A DNA stretch of 64,000 bases from a virus: the IMG/VR virus record IMGVR_UViG_3300043465_002420; one strand, given 5' to 3'. A program made the position numbers and the translations under genes. The notes below the pieces were generated by a model. That model was not told where the DNA came from. It searched no databases and saw nothing but the letters and a program-made list of their open reading frames with translations. Positions 58,119 to 64,000 of the stretch are shown here, piece after piece. Numbering within the stretch: position 1 is the stretch's first letter; the number at the start of each line of letters is the position of its first letter.

Positions 58119-58832
58119 TTACAAAATCTTATTATTGATCCTCATAAGCCTAATATCTTTCTTCTTGTCATCTTTTTCTGGTGCTGTACTAACTCCATCT
58201 GCTTGATCATAAGCAAATATTCCAAATTGTAATATCGTGTAAATATCACTTCTAAGCATTACATCAATTGATGTCGTAATGCCATTTTTAACAATACTAG
58301 ATAAAAGCCTTTTAGCCATAACTGGATCAACAGAATAAGAATGTGTTCTCAAACAAAATCTATAATTGCAATTCAACTGACCATGAATTGGAATGCTACC
58401 CCAATAATTATTCTGAAGTTGCTCAATGCTTCCCAAATATATAATCGCATTAAATGCTGGATGATGTGTGAAATTCTGTAAAACAATTGCATCATGTTCC
58501 AAAACAATAATTGGTCTATCTATTTCAACACAATGTGACCAAAGTGCAACATGACTTAAAACAGTACAAATTTCAGTAAGTGCCAAGGCTTCATTTACAA
58601 CTTTAACCCATTTTACCCAATTTTGATTTTTTAAATGTTCTGGAACTATTATTTCTCCAGTAGTTCCATTGAATGCTTCTGATACTTTACATGGCATTCC
58701 AACTTTATCACAGCTTTCTGCACATCTTCTAGACATCGACTCAGAAAGCTCATGACCTTTTATCGTAATAATATATGCAGATTCTATTTCTGTATTATAA
58801 TTGAAATTTAATGTTTCTTTTAGTTTTTCCAT
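58119..58832 (-). CDS. GT25-like glycosyltransferase
   Basis: AYIITI, EICTVLSHVALWSHC, IIVLEHDA, THSYSVDP..AKRL. Confidence 0.7.
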   Translation of the reverse strand: MEKLKETLNFNYNTEIESAYIITIKGHELSESMSRRCAESCDKVGMPCKVSEAFNGTTGEIIVPEHLKNQNWVKWVKVVNEALALTEICTVLSHVALWSHCVEIDRPIIVLEHDAIVLQNFTHHPAFNAIIYLGSIEQLQNNYWGSIPIHGQLNCNYRFCLRTHSYSVDPVMAKRLLSSIVKNGITTSIDVMLRSDIYTILQFGIFAYDQADGVSTAPEKDDKKKDIRLMRINNKIL

Positions 58833-58834
58833 GG

Positions 58835-59512
58835 TTAAGCCTTAAAGGGAACATCATGTTCGTATATGGTAGTTTCTCCTGCCATGTCTGCTGCAAAAAT
58901 ACCAAATGACACTATTGAAAACTCCTGTACCTTCATCATTACATCAACCGCAGTATAGATTCCTCTTTCAATCGCATGGGATACCAAATTTTTAGCAACC
59001 AATGGATCAATTGAGTAAGCGTGTGTTCTAAGAATGTAACGATAATTGTGACCCATTTGTGCATGTGGTGGTATGGGATTCCAATAATTACTTTTAACCT
59101 GTTCGCTGCTACCTAAATAAACAATTGAATTGAAAACATTATGATGTGTAAAAGGCTGAAGCATAATAGCATCATGTTCCAATGCTACCAAAGGCATATC
59201 TTCTTCTATACACTTACACCAAAGAGAAAAATGAGAAAGCCAGCAGCAAATTTCTGGTTTAGTTAAACTATAATTTGTTAATTTCAACCACTTTAACCAA
59301 TTGGTATTTCTAGCATGTTCTGGAACTTTGATCTTTTCGCCAGTGCCATCAAAGGCATCCCATATAACTGCTTTTTGACCAACCCTATTGCAAGACTCAA
59401 GACATCGTTGACCCATAAGCTCTGAATTCTTATGATCTTTGATTGTGATAATATAAGAATTGCTTACTTCTGTGTTATAGTTCCAATTAAGTGTTGGCTC
59501 TAATATTTCCAT
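58835..59512 (-). CDS. GT25-like glycosyltransferase (tandem paralog)
   Basis: SYIITI, EICCWLSHFSLW, VALEHDA, THAYSIDP..AK.L. Confidence 0.7.
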   Translation of the reverse strand: MEILEPTLNWNYNTEVSNSYIITIKDHKNSELMGQRCLESCNRVGQKAVIWDAFDGTGEKIKVPEHARNTNWLKWLKLTNYSLTKPEICCWLSHFSLWCKCIEEDMPLVALEHDAIMLQPFTHHNVFNSIVYLGSSEQVKSNYWNPIPPHAQMGHNYRYILRTHAYSIDPLVAKNLVSHAIERGIYTAVDVMMKVQEFSIVSFGIFAADMAGETTIYEHDVPFKA

Positions 59513-59513
59513 T

Positions 59514-59705
59514 TTACCTTAAGTCATCTATAAAAAATTCTTGATCGAATTCTTTTGGAAAGCATCCAAGGTCGAACATTTTCTTTATACACTTGTTATA
59601 AAGATCTGTAGTTGGACTTCTATGAATTGCATGGTTCCTTGCCATTATAGCAAGTTTTATTGAAATTTCTTTTAGTTCTTCAAATTCTTTTTTATAGTTT
59701 TTCAT
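59514..59705 (-). CDS. hypothetical protein
   Basis: 63-aa ORF in the co-directional run. Confidence 0.5.
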   Translation of the reverse strand: MKNYKKEFEELKEISIKLAIMARNHAIHRSPTTDLYNKCIKKMFDLGCFPKEFDQEFFIDDLR

Positions 59706-59726
59706 ATATTAAAATAGCGTGTAATT

Positions 59727-59942
59727 TCATTTTATCAAACTTGTTAATCTTCCTTTTTTGATTTTTTTAAGAATAAACTTTTTAACTTTTCTTTTTATCT
59801 TTGGAAATCTTTTTTCAGATTCAACATTTTTACGAAGTTTTTTCAACTTTACAACTTCTACCAATAATTGAAATGTTAAATTTGATAAATATAATAAAAT
59901 GCCAATAATAATTATTGGCATCAATATAAAAAATATAATCAT
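59727..59942 (-). CDS. small membrane protein with basic tail
   Basis: Hydrophobic N-terminus, Lys-rich C-terminus. Confidence 0.5.
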   Translation of the reverse strand: MIIFFILMPIIIIGILLYLSNLTFQLLVEVVKLKKLRKNVESEKRFPKIKRKVKKFILKKIKKGRLTSLIK

Positions 59943-60386
59943 TTAACAACACTTTCCAATTCCACATTTATCTGGAGCAAGACAAGCAGTATGCTTTTTT
60001 CCTAAAACATATAACAAGCCAGATGGTGTTATTTCTATTTCTGCTATTGGGAACTGCGAAATAAACTCTTGTTCATATTCCATTTCCACAAAAATATCTT
60101 CAGAACAAAAAAGTTTATTAGCATGGTCAAATATAGTTTTTAATTTTGTACTAGTAAGTCTATGATCAACATCATCTGCAACTAATATCTGAAGCAAACA
60201 AGAAGTGACCTCCCTAAGAGTTCCACCGCAATCTACAAAATCTTTTTTAACTTTTCCGATTTCAGTTACATGGAAATGAGGCGGTACAAAACTACCATCT
60301 GGCAGCATTATCTGCATATGAACATATTCGTTTTCCAATAAAATATCTTTCAAAGCCTTAAGCGTTATCATTTTTTTGGTATCCAT
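59943..60386 (-). CDS. DUF6428-like protein
   Basis: LPDGSFVPPHFHVTEIG...DCGG; LQ..VADD..HRL; C-terminal TACLAPDKCG. Confidence 0.7.
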   Translation of the reverse strand: MDTKKMITLKALKDILLENEYVHMQIMLPDGSFVPPHFHVTEIGKVKKDFVDCGGTLREVTSCLLQILVADDVDHRLTSTKLKTIFDHANKLFCSEDIFVEMEYEQEFISQFPIAEIEITPSGLLYVLGKKHTACLAPDKCGIGKCC

Positions 60387-60745
60387 TTGTTTAAAGGAAA
60401 TTCAACATTAACCCATTTCGTAAGCGGAAACTCTATCTGCTTACCGTCATTTGAAACATAATAACATTTTATAACTCCACTTTTATATCCTTTAGTCAAA
60501 ATTGAAGATTGCCAATCTATCAGCTTATCTTCGTTTTTTGCACTCTCGTAACCATCGCTAAATCCAGTATTGTAATTGGTTAATCCCTCGTAATCAGCCT
60601 TGTCTTCTAATACAACTGCTTTGCTGTGCAAGCACTTGTATTCTTCTATTGAATTTTTCATTTCTGCATCCAAATACATGCAGTACGAAACAGGAATCAA
60701 TGCAAGAAGAATGTATATCGCAATAACTGGAGAATTAAGTTTCAT
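60368..60745 (-). CDS. membrane-anchored hypothetical protein
   Basis: Start set at MKLNSP; one TM segment. Confidence 0.55.
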   Translation of the reverse strand: MKLNSPVIAIYILLALIPVSYCMYLDAEMKNSIEEYKCLHSKAVVLEDKADYEGLTNYNTGFSDGYESAKNEDKLIDWQSSILTKGYKSGVIKCYYVSNDGKQIEFPLTKWVNVEFPLNKWIPKK

Positions 60746-61094
60746 TTCTTTCTTTCTTGATTTTCTTGCCCAATTTAACAGCATCATCAACACCAGTCCA
60801 ACGCAAACACTCTATGAAAGAATTGGTAGTTTCCATGTTCATTATTTCTGGACACTTCTCACACATTTCTTGAATATGTGAAACATCAGGGTAATGTCGC
60901 AAACATCCCTTAGCCATTTCTCGTACTTCTTTTGGAATTCTTTTTAAATTAAACGCAAGATCAATCAAGAATTTTCTTGTTTGTGCAATCGACCTAGTTC
61001 TTTCCTGTGGTAAAGTCATGTTTTCCCCGATATTCAAACAACTTAATATATTTTCTCCATTATCAAACTTCTCGTCAAACTCTTCTGCCTTCAT
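60735..61094 (-). CDS. BPSL0761-like protein with extra N-terminal segment
   Basis: MTLPQERTRSIAQTRKFL...RIPKEVR..A...LRHYP; ATGA overlap supports the start at 61094. Confidence 0.55.
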   Translation of the reverse strand: MKAEEFDEKFDNGENILSCLNIGENMTLPQERTRSIAQTRKFLIDLAFNLKRIPKEVREMAKGCLRHYPDVSHIQEMCEKCPEIMNMETTNSFIECLRWTGVDDAVKLGKKIKKERNET

Positions 61095-61327
61095 CTTAAT
61101 CTCATAATACATCTGGCAGAGCAAGCCAATATTGCACAACCACTAACTACTGCTTCATATGCGATTTTCTCTTGCTCTTTTAACGCAAGTTGATATTTAT
61201 TAGAAAGAATATTATATCTTTTATGAGATTCAAACATCATTTCTTTGGCACTATGCAAAGAATTTTTAGCATTGTGAAGCCTAAAAGAAGCGTCTAAAAC
61301 CTCTTGTTGTAATTCTTGTAAATTCAT
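61091..61327 (-). CDS. hypothetical coiled-coil protein
   Basis: 78-aa ORF. Confidence 0.55.
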   Translation of the reverse strand: MNLQELQQEVLDASFRLHNAKNSLHSAKEMMFESHKRYNILSNKYQLALKEQEKIAYEAVVSGCAILACSARCIMRLR

Positions 61328-61430
61328 TCATCGATCTCGTCAAGTTCTGGACTAAACAATATTACGATTTGAAACAATATCACCAAAAATAGCAATGCCA
61401 AAATTAAATGATTCAAAGCCGCATGCATTT

Positions 61431-61904
61431 TCACATCCTAAATTTATTGTTGACTTCGGAAAGGTCAGCAACTGTAACTATATGAATAAAGTCTTTTTCA
61501 TATTCATCCCTTATGACACTAATCCAATTGTCGCCAACTTTAATTTCGACATTTAAATCGTTATCTTTTTTTGAAAGCCTTACATACGATATTGCAACAG
61601 TCTCAGAACAATTGAATTCTTTTATTTCGGCAATAGTTTTTTTTACTGCCTTTTCATCTACTTCATTTTTTTCAGAAGAGACAACTTCTTCTGATTTGAC
61701 ATCTTTCGAATAGCTTTCAAACTCTTCTATGACAGTTTCAGAAGCGGTTTCCCCAAATCCATTATTATAGTCATATGGCTTACTCGAAAGGTATGTCACT
61801 CTGGCTTGTGTATTATTGATGCCACAGTAAAGAACTTTATTATCCCAATAAGTGAATTGATTGCGATATAGATTTGTCGTTCTTTCAATTACTCTGTATA
61901 TCAT
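61431..61904 (-). CDS. hypothetical protein
   Basis: 157-aa ORF. Confidence 0.6.
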   Translation of the reverse strand: MIYRVIERTTNLYRNQFTYWDNKVLYCGINNTQARVTYLSSKPYDYNNGFGETASETVIEEFESYSKDVKSEEVVSSEKNEVDEKAVKKTIAEIKEFNCSETVAISYVRLSKKDNDLNVEIKVGDNWISVIRDEYEKDFIHIVTVADLSEVNNKFRM

Positions 61905-61907
61905 TTT

Positions 61908-62321
61908 TTATTCCTTGTTCAGATCAATAGGAATCGCATGCACACCATTCAAATATGCATCAAGCACTTCCGCACCAGTCATATCCTTTTGCAATATAAT
62001 TGCACCACTCAGATCATCAACTAATTTATGAGCATAAAACTCACCACTTTTACTTTCAATCTTGCTCACGAATTTATCCTGTGTTGCTCTCCATTCTTTA
62101 CTATGTCCTTCTCTTGTGTCATGAGTTGTTGTTAATTGATCGAGGTCGATTAGCACCTCTAATTTCATGACGCATTTCCCTTTTTTGTTACGCCTCCCAA
62201 GACCGAAAGAATTAACCTCAAACTTTTGACCATTTAAAAACATCTTCATTATACTTGGATCATTTGGATCGGTCACAATTTTCCATTCATCTTTTACTGG
62301 TCTTTGATCTAGGTCACTCAT
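61908..62321 (-). CDS. hypothetical protein
   Basis: Start set at MSDLDQ with AGGAG upstream. Confidence 0.6.
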   Translation of the reverse strand: MSDLDQRPVKDEWKIVTDPNDPSIMKMFLNGQKFEVNSFGLGRRNKKGKCVMKLEVLIDLDQLTTTHDTREGHSKEWRATQDKFVSKIESKSGEFYAHKLVDDLSGAIILQKDMTGAEVLDAYLNGVHAIPIDLNKE

Positions 62322-62469
62322 GCTTTTCTCCTGTTGCCTTAAAAATTTCAACCGCTTTTTTCCATGCAGCCTCTATCTCAGGATTCTGTTCGATCTCACT
62401 TTCATTCGCAATAGCTTTCAAAACTGCGGATGTAATCAGGCTGTCAAGGTCATCCGTTTTTTGGCTCAT
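62314..62469 (-). CDS. 51-aa protein (not in ORF track)
   Basis: MSQKTDDLDSLITSAVLK...; fills the gap in a tightly packed operon. Confidence 0.5.
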   Translation of the reverse strand: MSQKTDDLDSLITSAVLKAIANESEIEQNPEIEAAWKKAVEIFKATGEKHE

Positions 62470-62471
62470 TT

Positions 62472-62690
62472 CTATTCTCCTATTGGTTTGTTAAAGTTTA
62501 CTAAAAGTTTTATTTCAGTAAATTCGGAATTAGGAGTAGAAACAACAGAATAAGATTCCATATAAAATTCTTTCCCAACCGCATATAATTTCTGTGCATT
62601 TGGGTCAAGAACGATGTTGTTTTCGTTTATTTTTTTCACTTCTGATGTCAATTTACGAAGTATATTTAATTCCTCTGGTGTTATGCCCAT
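62472..62690 (-). CDS. hypothetical protein
   Basis: AAGGA SD, 72 aa. Confidence 0.55.
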   Translation of the reverse strand: MGITPEELNILRKLTSEVKKINENNIVLDPNAQKLYAVGKEFYMESYSVVSTPNSEFTEIKLLVNFNKPIGE

Positions 62691-62716
62691 GATTGTTATC
62701 CTTCTAATGTGACGAA

Positions 62717-63934
62717 CTACAAACTACTTTCTTCTAAATTGACCAACATCTGCTCTCTGACAGAAAGCAAATCTAAAGCCATTTTCAATTTAACTTTTAA
62801 ATCTGCATTTTCTTTTTGTAGCTCTTTGGTCACAGTTTGTGACCTTATAATTTCTGGATTGTAAATTTCCGACCACAGCTTTTTGTTCATGTCCAAATCT
62901 GGTATCTGAGCTTCATCAATTCCAAGATTCTTCCAATGCTGTGTCATTTCTTTTTGATGTTCTCGTATCGCTTTTTCGTATCGCTCAACTAGCGACTCCA
63001 ATAAGCCATGATAAGACTGGAGTTCCAGATTGTATCCAGTAATTCTTTTGTTGTATTCGTTGTTGATGTCGATAAGCCTTTTAAGTTCTTCAATGTATTC
63101 CCGTTGAGATTTTTGAATCTCAAGATTGCATTCATTACCATCAAGTATAGATCTTTCGAGTTCAACTATGTATTGCTGTTGGCTTTTTCCAGCCTCACCT
63201 TCTTTTCCAAGATGTCCTACTACTCCAATTGTACCCTTTGTGTCAGTAGCTTCCCCCTTTGTGTCAGTAGCTTCCCCCTTTGTGTTGGTAGCTTCCCCCT
63301 TTGTGTGTGAAGTTCCTTCTGAATCCCATTCCTCCCATTCTTTACCGATATGTCTCTCTTTGATATCATCACGAAATTCGTTTCGTGATGATGCCTCATC
63401 TCCCTTAAATTTAGCCAATTCCGCATGCAGTTTGTTTTCTCTATCTTTTTGATTTTGATGGAACAATTCGGGATCAGCTAGTTCGAGCATGTGTGAGGAA
63501 CATTTTTCTTCGTCTGTTTTGTCTAATTCGCCCCTAAAAGTTACTTTCAAGACATACGAAGAAAGAATTGAATCGACAAGATGAGACACACCTACACATG
63601 CAACCGTATAAACAGATGGACCAAAATATCGTTGGAATCCACCCCAAATAATTCTATTAAATTGCTTCATCGACAAGTCTATCGAGACTACAGATGCAGG
63701 TTCTGTCATCTCAGACCATGCCTTCACAACAATTATTTCTTCGGAAATCTTACTACTATCTATGGACTCTATTTTCGTAAGACGCATTCTTCCTTGCTGA
63801 CTAGCAGGGTGATGTTCAAGTCCATAAAGTACAATCTTATAAATGTGGAACGAATAAAGATTCATTTCTACTGAGACATACATTGGATCTTCATCGTTCT
63901 TCGTCATCATTATTCTCCACGAAATATTCAACAA
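62717..63934 (-). CDS. hypothetical protein with TKGEATD repeats and coiled-coil C-terminus
   Basis: 405-aa ORF; 21-nt repeat about x3.5 at 63234-63305; true start probably MMTKND. Confidence 0.65.
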   Translation of the reverse strand: MLNISWRIMMTKNDEDPMYVSVEMNLYSFHIYKIVLYGLEHHPASQQGRMRLTKIESIDSSKISEEIIVVKAWSEMTEPASVVSIDLSMKQFNRIIWGGFQRYFGPSVYTVACVGVSHLVDSILSSYVLKVTFRGELDKTDEEKCSSHMLELADPELFHQNQKDRENKLHAELAKFKGDEASSRNEFRDDIKERHIGKEWEEWDSEGTSHTKGEATNTKGEATDTKGEATDTKGTIGVVGHLGKEGEAGKSQQQYIVELERSILDGNECNLEIQKSQREYIEELKRLIDINNEYNKRITGYNLELQSYHGLLESLVERYEKAIREHQKEMTQHWKNLGIDEAQIPDLDMNKKLWSEIYNPEIIRSQTVTKELQKENADLKVKLKMALDLLSVREQMLVNLEESSL

Positions 63935-64000
63935 TCAAAGGAACACCGAACTGCAAAAGAAAGATCATTGCCGATATCAAGAACAAAATATAATAACCGT

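Noticed and set aside
1-64000. Ordinary bacterial or CPR chromosome segment
   Set aside because: Housekeeping genes are isolated from their universal operons and mixed with orphan ORFs and T4-like targeting motifs. Not fully excluded, because no capsid or terminase gene is in the window.

Overview
AT-rich, gene-dense 64 kb segment, most consistent with a jumbo/huge tailed bacteriophage. This is an inference: no capsid, portal or terminase gene is in the window. It rests on host-type genes stripped of their usual operons (infC, rpsU, def, dnaJ, groES-like, thyX, ndk, hldE, one tRNA), many short orphan ORFs, and nine proteins with a T4-like capsid-targeting N-terminus. Main content: (1) a chaperone/translation-takeover block; (2) DNA polymerase III alpha (DnaE) split into two same-strand genes 9.3 kb apart with no intein; (3) a prkA-yeaH-spoVR operon whose spoVR carries two LAGLIDADG inteins; (4) about 18 glycosyl/methyl/sulfo/acetyl-transferase and heptose-pathway genes; (5) a 1454-aa cysteine-rich repeat protein coupled to a PaaK/CapK-like ligase. 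The most striking signal is at the 5' end of the N-terminal dnaE gene. A strong SD and ATG read MKVEIVGFEHLHLH (the PHP metal-binding motif) and hit UAG. The conserved motif resumes 7 nt later in another frame (SDFSVLDG), and the ATG and HLHLH codons form the two arms of a perfect 15-bp hairpin. This looks like programmed translational bypassing or frameshifting gating the replicative polymerase. All family calls come from motif recognition by eye; no database search was run.
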